From positions 1 to 64,000 of the forward strand of contig JALMLS010000092.1 in the NCBI GenBank assembly GCA_038496445.1: a stretch of 64,000 nt of DNA, read 5' to 3'. Below are positions 52,436 through 64,000 of this stretch, piece after piece (the stretch's first letter is position 1; each line of letters starts with the position of its first letter). The translations under genes were made by a program, and so were the position numbers. The notes beneath the pieces are model-generated. The model ran no database searches, had not been told where the DNA came from, and saw nothing but the letters and a program-made list of their open reading frames with translations. This DNA comes from Trichosphaerium sp. ATCC 40318 (taxonomy: Eukaryota > Protista > Tubulinea).

Positions 52436-52904
52436 TCATTGATCATCTTGTACTGTGCGGTCGTTGTACATAGCACGTATCTCAAGCTCATAAACGGGCA
52501 ACGCCTGGTTGGGAGAGTATAAGAACCATTCCATGTATCGAGGGGAGCTGTTACTATCGTATCCAGGAGTAGGTTGCAGTCCAGGTGTTTTCTAAGTAAA
52601 AAATCAAACAATGATCACTTGCTTTGGTTTACATACTTTGTTGACAAGGTTGGTTTTGCCTGGAAGTACGCGAAACATGAGCACTGTAACAGTGTATCCT
52701 GATCTCATAGGCGGTGAGTAATCCATTTGGGCGAGAGTATTTAAGACAGTAGTCCACATATTGTGATACATAGATTCCCTTTGTACTGTCACCAAACCAT
52801 CCTGTTTTTAACAGTTATTAGTCAAAAAGTAAGTACTTCCACTTCCACGCACCACTGTCAGTCGCAGTAGTACTGTTGTTTTCACTATGACCAATAGGAA
52901 GTAG
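52436..52904 (-). pseudogene. 5'-truncated, frameshifted PARP-like ADP-ribosyltransferase domain
   Basis: Spliced LLPIGH...TDSGWFGDSTKGIYVSQYVDYCLKYS/frameshift/VLMFRVLPGK...PTPGYDSNSSPRYMEWFLYSPNQALPVYELE. Confidence 0.75.
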
Positions 52905-52952
52905 CTAAGGGTTTTGACATGCAGTTCAATGAAGGTGTTTTCTGATTTATAT

Positions 52953-55501
52953 TTATTGTTTTAGGCACTGCTGTACCCTTGCATTAGCATTGCGCTGTGA
53001 TCGATAGTTCCTGAAAGGTAACACTGCAACTCTTAATCGTTTGATTGAAAATACAAGTACTATAGCTACAATAGCAAGTACTACAACAGCAGCAACAATG
53101 CCAATGATGATAAACAGCATACTCTTTGAGTCACACTTTGATTTGTTAACATTAAAAGTAGCTGCAAATGTCCCTGAAAGAAAGAGTCAGAACAATAAAC
53201 ATTGATGAGTTTTAGCATACCCATGTTTTGAGTTTGATTTGCAGTTACTTCTTCACATTCATCATTTTCTGTTTGAGCTGTAATACTTGAAAACGAACCG
53301 CTCACACAATCATTTGTGACATTGTATGTGAACAATGTACGACTATTTCCTGTATTGACAGCATTATCAATCTTGATAATTGCATTCCCGTCCAAGAGTA
53401 CACAGTCTGAAATATGATATTAGAAGATATCTTGATGGTTGCATCAACGTACTTGTTGCGTGAACAATGGCATTGTCAAATACGATAGTGCTTGTAGGCA
53501 GCATGGTTAGATTATAAAATTGTACTTGACCTTCAAACACCACTGTCTCTCCAACATCTATAACAAGAGTCTCTCCTGTCGGTTGTGTCCATACACCTGT
53601 AGCTGTATTGCATGTAAATATAGGTGTAGGTGCACTACCAATACAAGCTTGTGCGCTTGTAGATGTTGGTTGCAATGGAAGTGTAGGTGCGAAAGTTGCA
53701 GTTTTGTTTGGACTTATTGGAAATGATGTAGGGCTTGTTGGAGATAATGGAGGTATGGATGTTGGGGTTGTGGTAGGTACATACGTTGGAGCTATGGTGG
53801 GAATGAAACCGGTTCCAGTTCTCTATATAAGTTAGTACATAGGAGGGGAAGAAAAATCTAAAGTACAAATTGATATGCTCCAACATCAATAACACTGCTG
53901 TTTCTTATTCTACCACCTAACCATTTCTTATGAGTAATCAAAACTTGTCACTGATTGCATACGTAAATCATACCGAGGGACATCAGTATCGGCTCCTATG
54001 AATAAATGAGCATATGTCTCGGTGTATCAATATTTACCTTGAAACAAAAAGACAGGTTGAGATGTATTTGTCAAGTCATAGTTGCCAAAAGTCATGTTGG
54101 CAAAAACATCGACATTATTTAGAAACAAGAATGAAGGTTGAATAGTAGACTTATTAATACTCTCATACTCAGAAGCATTCTTGACCAGTAGAATATTCTT
54201 CCATGTGTCTATTGTTGATGTAGTGACCAAATCACGAATACCTAATCCAACAGTGACTGACTCTAATGTGGATTCACAGCCCTCTACTACTATTGAAAGT
54301 GTTAGATTTTTGTATTTCAAAAAAAACTGTGTCAACAATGTACTTGTGAGAGTGTCAGTGAGTACACTGTTGTATACTTCCACACTTTCATTTGACGAAC
54401 ACCTAACTATATCAGTGACCCAATGGCAATAAAAATTACCTGAATATAGAGAACGTGGTGGTATTGGAGCCTCTACAAATAGCCTTATCTTGACTCAATA
54501 TGTAAGTAATCAATAATACTCAGAAAAAAAAACAAAGTGAGCGTACCCAGTGTTACGTTTGATTCTTCTAAAGTAAAGAGAGCTAAAAAGTACATAAATA
54601 TTCTATCAAAAACAATAAAAGTTTACATTTGCCATCACTTATGATATTATACGAAGTAAAATGAATGGAACTGGTTTTCACATAGAATGTCACCTCCTCA
54701 AAAGTAAAGTAAATTTTTACAGAACAATATACTAAAACAACGTACTGCATCAGACTGCGTCTCTCCCTCGGTGATTGAGACTGAAGAATCAGCAATATGC
54801 ATAGTTGTTCGATTATCTGGTATAGCGTTCACATCTATTAATTTCAGTCTCGAAAGTGATGCTGTCGCTATTTTTCTAATAGTTAGTTGATGTAATACTT
54901 AACCCTTTGAAATAACGCACATTTAAACACTCTGAAAGGCACGTGACTTGACCAGTTTGACGAAATCGTAAATGCACTAAACACAACATCCTGGCACCCG
55001 TTTAATTCAACATACTCGTACTTCCCTCCATTGACGGTAATGTTTTGACTGTTTCGAATATCTAGATTGGACAGAGTGGTCTAGAATGAGTTAAGAAAAA
55101 AGAAGACCAATAGGACATTTTTTTTCTCATTTTCTTTTTTGTGCATTGTTGTACTATCTGAAAAAAACCGTTTGGACTACTTCATACTTTTACGTTTAGG
55201 ACTATATCATTCACTGTGTTTAAAGTGATGTTAATGGTGCTTGTGACATTTATACAGTAAACAGTAGCATTTTCCTAAAGTCGTAAAGTTACTATTTTTA
55301 ATACTAAAAGAGAATAGCCTTTTTGGGCTTGGTTTTTGCTTTCGTTTGGCATACCAGTGCAACTGTTATGTTGCTAAACTCCACTGAAGGTACTTTTACA
55401 CAAACTCCGACAGAATAGTTCACAAATAGCGTCAAAGTAATCAATGCGCATGGAAATACAGCGCTTAATAGCGTCCAAGCTAGTTTAGGTTGTTTTGCCA
55501 T
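52953..55501 (-). CDS. Type-I membrane glycoprotein, paralogue 2 (3' end approximate)
   Basis: Direct duplicate of paralogue 1 (homology about 52941-55580 versus 47728-50378) with the same intron positions. Confidence 0.8.
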
Positions 55502-55948
55502 CAATTTATATCAAAAACCGCTTAAACTGAGTTTTGTAGTTGCAATGTCACTGTCGGTGTGTATTGTTCTGTTATTGAGCAGTTAATTCTCAGCGCGTTT
55601 TGTAAGTGACTTGATGTTGACCCAATGCAGTATTCTTTGAATTGGTCGATTGGCTATTACAAAAGTGTTGAGTGCCCGCCATAAGCTTGCGCAGGTGGAC
55701 ACTAAGATACCAGCACACGACATCATCCAGGATTAATGCAACTTCACTGTCTGGATTATACGCAGGAAAGTCTACATTCCGCTTGCCTGTGGTAGGTCGT
55801 CGACATGCCTTGTAGCCTGGCGTTAGCTCTTTACTCACGGCACCTTTTGGTTTGCGGAACACTCAATTTTGGCAGATTCCAGTTTTTGTTATCTGTTGAC
55901 CCACATGGACAATCACAATAACTGTTATAAACCGACCAACGCTTTGAT

Positions 55949-57015
55949 ATGACCACAGTATCCATAAAAGATGTACAAAATACTCTAAGGTAAAAAAATC
56001 AGCTATCTACAACCTTAAAACTTATCAAAAGCGTACTAGTACTCCTGAAAACCTTTTAGAATTGCCCACAGAGGTTCTAGCAACCATACTGAAGCATACA
56101 ACTACCGCTCGCTATGCAGCAGCTCAAAGCTGCCGTATGCTAGCTTCTATCATTCACGACATAACGGGATACTCAATGGCAATGATAAATACCTTATCTC
56201 AGGCCGAAGCACTTTCAAAACACGTGGGCGTTGTAAGACATACAAAAATCATCATGAGATGCCGTTTACCTGATGATTTCATGAGGCACCTTTCGAATGT
56301 TGGGACTATATTCTTTTCTCCAGATTCAGTGACAGACAGTGGCCTTAAACAACTCAAAAATGTGAATTCGATAGTACTAACTAAGAACCCGATATCAGAC
56401 GAAGGCATCAAAGTACTTCCTGGCGCTCATTTAATTTACCTTTCCCATACTTTAGTAACGGATGTTGGTGTAAAAGCACTTGCAGGTGTTCATACAATTG
56501 ACATTTCTCATACTTCGGTGACTGATGAAGGCGTCAAAGCTCTTGCTGGCGCTTATTCAGTGGATCTGTCTTATACTTCAGTGACAGATGAAGGCATCAT
56601 TGCGCTAGCTGGTGTTAGCATTATTCATCTTAAAGGTACAGCTGTAACAGACAAAGGTTTAAAGGCTCTGTCTGGTGTATCGGGTATTGACCTAGGGTGT
56701 TGTGACGGAATATCAGATGAGGGTATTAAGGCACTCGCTGGAGTTCATGTAATTTACCTTCATGATACCTCAGTGACAGACGAAGGCGTCGTGGCCCTTT
56801 CTGGAGTTAAAACAATCAATCTTGCTGCTACTTCAGTATCTGACAGAGGTATAAAAGCACTTGCTGGAGTTTTCATGATTGATCTTACTGGATGCCGGAA
56901 TGTAACGGATGAAGGCATAAAACCTCTTTGTGGTGTTAAATACATTCACCTTAGTGGTACTTTAGTTACAGGTGAATGTGCCAACATCTTGAAAGGTGCC
57001 TACATCGTTAGATAA
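55949..57015 (+). CDS. F-box plus 22-aa leucine-rich repeat protein
   Basis: Short first exon, phase-2 intron, then LLELPTEVLATIL and about 11 repeats of VHTIDLSxTSVTDEGVKALAG. Confidence 0.88.
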
Positions 57016-57223
57016 ATAAAGTAAAAACTATGTGCTTGCTTTTTCTTTTCTTCTACTCCAATGAGGCAACAGGCGTCATGTACTACGTCCAATTGTATGA
57101 CGAAAAAAGTGTTTGTAGATTCAACCTTTTTCATTGCGTGAAAGTCTCAATTGAGCACGTGAGAGGAAAATAATTGACTCTTCATTTCGCCAAAAAAACC
57201 AGATTAGAACAAAACGGCACGAG

Positions 57224-59474
57224 ATGGAGTTGCGCGCAGGTATTATTTTCCTACATACTTACGCTCTCCGTAACTAAATTACTAGTGATTATTGTTATTC
57301 TAGCAAATCTGTTATTAGCTTTTGGATCTAGTGTGACAGTTCAAATTAGTGATACAGTAGTGTCAAAGCCAATAGCACCTAATTTCGCCGGATTTTCAAT
57401 TGAGGTCAGTAAAAAATGAACTGAGAATAGTTAAACGACTTTTTTGCTTTGTCACGTGATATTTTCACACGTGTGACGGATGAAAAGATGACTCATTACT
57501 AATAGGTCAGTGGGGCTATGGGAATGGTAGGACAACATCCAGCACCACCAAAGCCAGCATTTGTTCAACTCGTTAAGAACTTGTGTGTCACCCCTGACCA
57601 ACCAGGAACGATATTACGGTATGTTGATAGTAGTATAAGATACAGGTTACATACTCGTTGCGAAATTAACAAGATTGCAGTATTGGTGGAGATTCAGCTG
57701 ATGTTTCTTGGTAAAACAGCAAATCACTAGTGCACTTTATTTAATACATGTTTTTTCGTTAGGTGGAATCCTGATCACTTACCTCGTCCTCCCTTCATAA
57801 AATATGATATCACAGAACACGACTTGATATCTGTCGATAACTGTGTACGCCAATTTAATGGCTCTTGGATCCCGGGAGTTATTTTCAGACCAGTACGAGT
57901 CCCTATCCTATTGCGCTTTTTTGTAATTCTTTCTGTTCAGGGAAACAATGCTACATGGGCTTTCAATCATGTAAATGCTATTGCCAAGTACACTGGTTGG
58001 AGTCATGTCAATGCTATAGAAATTGGTAATGAAGTAGATCGGTTTGTTGCGGCAGGAATACGGTAATTCTTTATACTAGTTTTACCAATAACGTATTGAC
58101 ACTTTGAAAGACCATCAAATTGGACGTATGATGACTACCTTAAAGAGTTTAAATTCTTTGCAGAGTCAATATATAGTACAACAACAATACCTAAGAAGAA
58201 AATCCAAGGTGCTACTTATGCAGGTGGAGAGGAGGCGTTCGAAAAAGGTTTGCGTTTTCTAGCAAGTGCTTTTTCTGATATTTTCCCTGACGTCAGGTTT
58301 GCCTTCATACATGGCTTCAAATTTAGATTTTTTGAAAACTGTATCGTATCATAGGTACGCTGAAAACAAGTGCACTGGCCATCCGACGATTGATATACTA
58401 ATGGAAGACCACTCAACAATACATTTGGTGCGTTAGGACTTTTCATATATTTTCCATAAATGTACAAATCCCGAGACCTCTTTTATAACCTCTAGCCTCA
58501 ATTCTGTTTTTTAAATCACATCGCAAGCTCATCAATGTTAGGCAGAGTCAATGGAAAAGTACATTCAAGCCGCAGATAAACTTGGACTAAAGTACTTTAT
58601 TGGCGAGTCGAATTCAGTTGCTTGTGGTGGAATGAAAAATGTCAGGTTCGTACTCCTCCAACTGGCATGTGTTTACTAAAATAAAACGTAGTGATGTCCT
58701 AGCAGCCTCTCTTTGGGCAACAGATTTCATGTTCAACTTAGTAAAAGTACTGTCAAAAAAATTAAATTTTACAAAAAGTAGTTTCTTTCTGACAATAATT
58801 TTGAGGTTGGTGCAGCAGGTATAAATTTTCATGGTGGTCCTCATGGTATATACGGTGCTATTAATTTTGATTATACCGATATAAATAAACCAGATGTTCG
58901 TCCTTTATACTATGGTACCACAACTTGCTTTTTTTTTTTTTCAATCGAAAGTAACTAAACAAAAAAAAAGCAATGTGGCTTTTTGCGACAACAACAAGTC
59001 ATCACTCGGTATTATTGGATGCTTCAGTGCAATCTGATGATAGTTTGATTAAAACATGGGTTGTGAATAATCAAGATCGGTACATAGTCGTCATCATACA
59101 CAAGAACTACAAAGGTACATTTTGAACAACTTTCCGAAAGCAACTTATGGACGTATTTTGTAGGATCAACTGCTTCTGTATCTGTATCCGCTCCTGGGAA
59201 AACAGCCCCCAAAGCTACCTTAAAAGTATTAGAAGGGAAAGAGGGCATTCTTTCTCACTACGGTATCACCTACGCTGGTACATGATGTCACTTTTAATCA
59301 AAAACAGAAATCTGCTAATTACTCTTCTGCTTCTTAGGACAAACTTTTGATGGCACTACAGATGGTCTCCCTATTGGTACCATATCTCCTCTTTATATTG
59401 AGCAAAAATCTGGACTCTTTGAGTTCAGTGTAAAGCCGGCTACTATCGCAGTGCTAGAAGTCACCAAAATGTAG
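57224..59474 (+). CDS. Secreted glycoside hydrolase family 79 (beta-glucuronidase/heparanase-like)
   Basis: FAGFSIE, LRIGGDSAD, EIGNEVD, IGESNSVACGG...VSDVLAASLWATDFMF, GINFHGG, VRPLYY. Confidence 0.92.
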
Positions 59475-60101
59475 AAGAGGACAAAATCCAAAATAACTAA
59501 TTTGTCCATGATTCACAAAACAATACAATATTCTCAGCCGCTTTGCGCAAGTTCATTCTCTCTGACTATATTCTAATCACGTGCGCTAAGATTTCCTGGT
59601 GTGGAAGTGTACAACTAACGCGGATTAAATAACTCTTTTACTGCACTTGAAAAAGATTCGTTTTGTGGGTGTTCTTAAGTCGATGACGAATCTTTGTGAC
59701 CTCGCTGTGACAACTTTTCTAAAAAATCATTCAAAACCAACCGCCTAAGCTCCAAAACTCTTCAAAAACAACTCTATTACTATCACACGCGTAAGGGTAC
59801 CAATATCAACGTTTAACGCTAGTTTAGCTAACCGTTGGTTTAAAAATAGCTATAAAATGCTTTATCCCTATTAGATAATTTAGTTATCCGTACAAGGCCA
59901 TTTTTAACGTTACTTAGCTGTCGCTAGTAAGGCCTTAACTAAAATATCAATTAATCAAAAAAAACTTAACGTGAACGTCATACGAAGCGTTAATAAACAA
60001 AACAATCTATAAATCTATTCAATAGCCCCTTTTTTTCGGTATAAAGAGCGAAATTCACAAACCTCTCCTCACATAGTCTTAAATTCTCGAAGTATAACAC
60101 A

Positions 60102-61659
60102 ATGGACGTCAACAACCCATCACTACGGTTTGGGTACGTATTAATGTCCGATTGGCGATAGTCGTTTAGCTGACTTGAACGCAGGTATTACACAGCAACC
60201 CGCAAAATGTCTCTGTGCCACGCATTTGCCTCTTGGGTACAAGAGTGGGCATTATCACAAGGTGTTAGCATAGAAACAGTGCCTATTAACCTTGAAGACG
60301 ATCTAGATCGCCAGGTAATACTATTATCAAGTGTTTAAGCTTATGACTAATCTAGGGACCATTCGATGTTGTTGTAACAAAGGTAACACACCTTACAGTA
60401 AAGCAAGACCAAGACAGAAAGGCAAAAGAGGCATTAAATAACGTTGTAAACTATTTAGAGCGCCACAAAGGTACAATTTCTTCAAACTGCGGAAAAAGAA
60501 AAAAAAAAAATCAAATTTTTCATGTTAAAAAAGAACCCGTGTATCGTACTCCTAGATACGTATTTAATAACTACATTTTAATATTAAGCCTTAATTTTAT
60601 GGTTAATTTCATTTTCAGCTAACTTTTTTTTTTTTTTCTCTCAGAAGTCGTTCAGCTTGATCCAGTATCAGCTCAAGTAGCCTGTACAAATAGATTTGAG
60701 ATGACTTACATTTTCGAGTATTTGAACCGAAAATTGGCGTCTATTGACGTTTATTGTCCACCTACTACGCTTGTACCTGATGATAATAAGCCTCTTACGG
60801 CGTATGTAAACTCAGAATTCAAATTCCCCGCAATTGCAAAAACTGTACAGGTACTCTACGCGCAAAACCATTCTCAAAGCATTTTCTGACCTATAAAAAC
60901 CCACAGGCCTGTGGCGCTAAATGTGCACATGAGATGGTGCTTGTATGGTCTTTAGATGATATAAATCGGTTTAAACGCCCTTTAATAGTACAACCATACC
61001 TGAATCACAACGTACGACGAATTTAGCGACTTTTTGTTCAATCTTTTGTTTTTATTGTTTCTTTTCTCTCTTCTTTTGGTTTACTCATGTCTTATAGGCT
61101 ACAATGGCGAAAGTATACGTTGTTGGATCTGATTCTACGGTTATTAAGCGTAAATCTCTACCAAATCTAAAACCAGAGCCTCAGCATGATCCTGTCTTTT
61201 TTAATAGTCAGAAGTATAAGCATACTGTACGATTTGAAACTTGACAATAACTTTTTGACTAAAACTTCCTTTTTTAGGTTCCTCCTGGACTTGTTGAAGC
61301 GGCAGATGCCGGTAAGGCTCAGTTACCTTCTCAAGATGTTATAGACGCAATCACAAAGGTATAGAGACGCTCTATTTTTCTAAAACAAACTAAAAAAGTC
61401 TCCATCTCTCCGTTGCTTTTTTTTTTTTTTTGACGAGTTTTCGTACTGACTTAAGTAGGCCCTATCTGATCTATTAGAACTGTCTCTTTTCGGATATGAC
61501 CTTATTACTGATAGTGAGACTGGAAAGCATGCTATAATTGATATTAATTACTTTCCTGGTTACTCAGAAGTGGCCAATTTCAATTTGAAACTTTTTCACC
61601 ATATGTTGAGTATGTATAAAAAAAAGCACGGTAGTTTACCGTTTACAATTAAGGAGTGA
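60102..61659 (+). CDS. ITPK1: Inositol-tetrakisphosphate 1-kinase
   Basis: QGPFDVVVTK, FPAIAKTVQACG...AHEM, VQPYLNHNATMAKVYVVG, RKSLPN, LSLFGYDLI, IDINYFPGY. Confidence 0.92.
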
Positions 61660-61881
61660 ATGGTTTGGTGGTGTATAAAATAAACATGTACTGTAGCGTT
61701 TTAAAAGGGGTCCTCCGTGTCGTATTTATTTTTATCCGTATTTTGCTTTTATGTTTGTTTTAGAAGGTATGAGTTACCGGATTCGCGTATATATGGTATG
61801 GTCTTTCTGTTGCGCGTACAGTAGCAAGTAACGGTTCATGTTTTACATTTGACTTTTATGGTACTGCTTAAAAACTGTTAA

Positions 61882-64000
61882 ATGAGGAACCTTCAGCGAA
61901 GGCGGTATACCCAGGGTAGGTTTGGACGTAAACAATGGCCTTGCCTTTGGATGTTAACCGACATGCGTGTCGTTTGCTTTGGATGCTTGTTGATGTATAT
62001 GGCGGTCACTGTCGCGTTTTTGGCACAGAACGGATCTTTGTACGGCACAGAGATTACCACGCCGAAATTACTAGTCGGGTGCGGTCAAAACGCTTGTGAG
62101 TACGCTAACAAACCGTTAGAAAACCTATGGCATCTCCAGCTGAAAATATTTATAAAACAGCCACGTTTTACGGGTACTATCGGTTTTTTCAACTGCTTCT
62201 TCGTAATAGCCGCCTGTAATTGACGCTTGACATTTACTTATTTTATAAATCAGCTACGCACGGTTAGTAGGACTTTTAAGTGGCGAAATAAAGAGCGGAG
62301 CACCATCAGAGTACGAACTACAGCATTATTAATCAATATAAGCTTATTTTATCAAATCAGAACGATAGACGCTCTTGGTATACTAGAAGTAGCGTTATAT
62401 TCACTAAGAAACGCTAAAATATGGCTCAAAAGCCAGGAGACTGAGCTGGCAAAAATAAACGCTTTACAAAGGCAAGAATTTTTTTTTCTTTTCAAATTCG
62501 ACTTTGTTGTCGCCCTGAAAGGGTCACCAGCGATAATTTTTTATAATTGGGTCTTGAAACTACTAGTTACTAGTGTGTTGCAACTATTAAAAATGCACAT
62601 TTGTTGATACACGACATACACGTGATAATTTCGATTTTTTTTTTGTTTTGATTTTTGGTTTTTTTGTTGACCTTTCTGTATAGTGTCGTTGAGTCAACTC
62701 TTAAGGACTTTACAACTGGTGTTATTAGAGATGTTCCTAAACTTATGCAAGTATCAAAGGATGTATTAGAAGGACTTGCTGTCCAGCTGAATGACCTAAA
62801 GTCCTTAAAACTTCCAGAAACAAAACGCAATAAAATTCAGGTGAATCAAATCTCAAGCGAAGAAAAAACCTACGGGGAAATGAGGACATTAAATGATGGA
62901 AACAAAATGGTAAACAAAAGCTCAATCTAAAGATGATTTATCTTTTTCTTCGAATTTTTCTTGTTTTTTTCTAATCCGCTTTGTACTAGCCTACAGTTGG
63001 TCTTGGTAAGTATAAATTACATAAAATAGTTTCAGTATATTTATATTGATGGTAAGGAACGTGGCAGTTAGTAGGGAAGACATGTCAAGAAGCAGTTAAG
63101 CAATAGTTTCAGTTTTTTTTATTTTCGATTTCTTCTCGTATTAAAGTTTTCTCAAGGTGAAGCACGCTCTGAAGAGCGGTTATCAACGTATATCCACGGC
63201 TGGTAATTACCAAAACGAAGCAGATATCGGTATTGGTTGGACTAGTAGTGGTGTACGAACCGTTGAAAAGAACTTCAGTGAACAACACTTCATAATAAGT
63301 TTCATAGGCAAAAAGATCAGATTTCTTCTTATCTACAATGATAGAAGCTCCAGATTTTGGAACTGATAAAGCAAAACAAAAGTTTGAACAGCAACTGAGA
63401 GAATTAAAGACAGATTACATCGATCTGTACATGCTACATTCACCAGGCACGTGAACACGTTTTTTTTATTAAACAAAGATATTTTTGAGTCCTTCAACGT
63501 TTTGGCACGTGAAGCGTGCCTTTAAGGAAGTTTGGAGGGTTTTTTGTGTACTTGCTGTTGTTCTGATTGTATTCGTTTCTTTAGGTGCCGATAACCTGCA
63601 AAGAGAAACGTGGGCGTTCCTGGAGTCTATGGTTGCAGCAGGGAAGATAAAGTCTCTTGGGATATCAAACTTTCAAGTTCCTGAGCTTCAACATCTACTC
63701 AGTTATGCTAAAATCAAACCTGTTCTTCTTCAAAACAAGTACAGCATATACCACAGAGGTACGTATCGATAATTGGTGACAAAAGGGTTTTTTTGTGAAG
63801 GTGTCTCAATGCTTTTGTTTTATTATTCAGTGTTGATGTTCTAACCATGTTTGTAAGGTGCTCAACTTCGTTTTAATGCGAAAGAAGATGTGTACACATT
63901 ATGTGAAACCAATAATATTGTCTTAGAAGCATACAGTCCTAATAGGTACGGACTAAAGGGATTTTTTTGTAACCTTTTTTTTAACACATTGTAGTGGTTG
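61882..64000 (+). CDS. Aldo-keto reductase-like protein with N-terminal signal anchor and stem (runs off the window)
   Basis: LNDGNKMPTVGLGTWQL, ALKSGYQRISTAGNYQNE, DYIDLYMLHSP, KIKSLGISNF, KPVLLQN. Confidence 0.88.

Noticed and set aside
55590-55862. 90-aa ORF as the missing 5' half of the PARP-like gene
   Set aside because: It has no His-Gly motif or other PARP features and no ATG start.

Overview
Gene-dense, intron-rich eukaryotic DNA with the standard genetic code. It is probably a protist and possibly an amoebozoan (inference from gene content, not verified). Introns are mostly 40-120 nt, with GTACGY/GTGCGT-type donors and many AAG acceptors. Hand-splicing gives about 24 genes: PDH E1-beta, an ARID protein, a STE20/PAK kinase, Afi1-type DENN+ARM, MED13, F-box-like MORN, FHIT, PCNA, ankyrin-UBA, a SAM-SAM-calpain-ARM-UBR-box fusion, a long coiled-coil protein, Myb, UBFD1, an FHA tandem kinase, PH-FERM, an atypical Rho, two duplicated type-I membrane proteins, a secreted beta/gamma-crystallin-like protein, a PARP-like fragment, F-box/LRR, GH79, ITPK1 and an AKR. 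There are also three tRNAs. The most striking structure is a gene-free island of about 5.1 kb (9.77-14.88 kb). It is bracketed by a near-perfect ~270-bp inverted duplication with an inward-facing tRNA-Ala(AGC) in each arm. Inside are two tail-to-tail TIR elements with 35-bp subterminal arrays, a third copy whose CpGs are almost all converted, and a dead L1-type reverse transcriptase. CpG loss in the island contrasts sharply with the CpG-rich genes, which fits a methylated, tRNA-bounded heterochromatin or centromere-like domain. A second accessory region (47.7-55.6 kb) holds mosaic receptor paralogues, three MITEs and a possible receptor-PARP chimera. All gene models are manual and lack transcript support.
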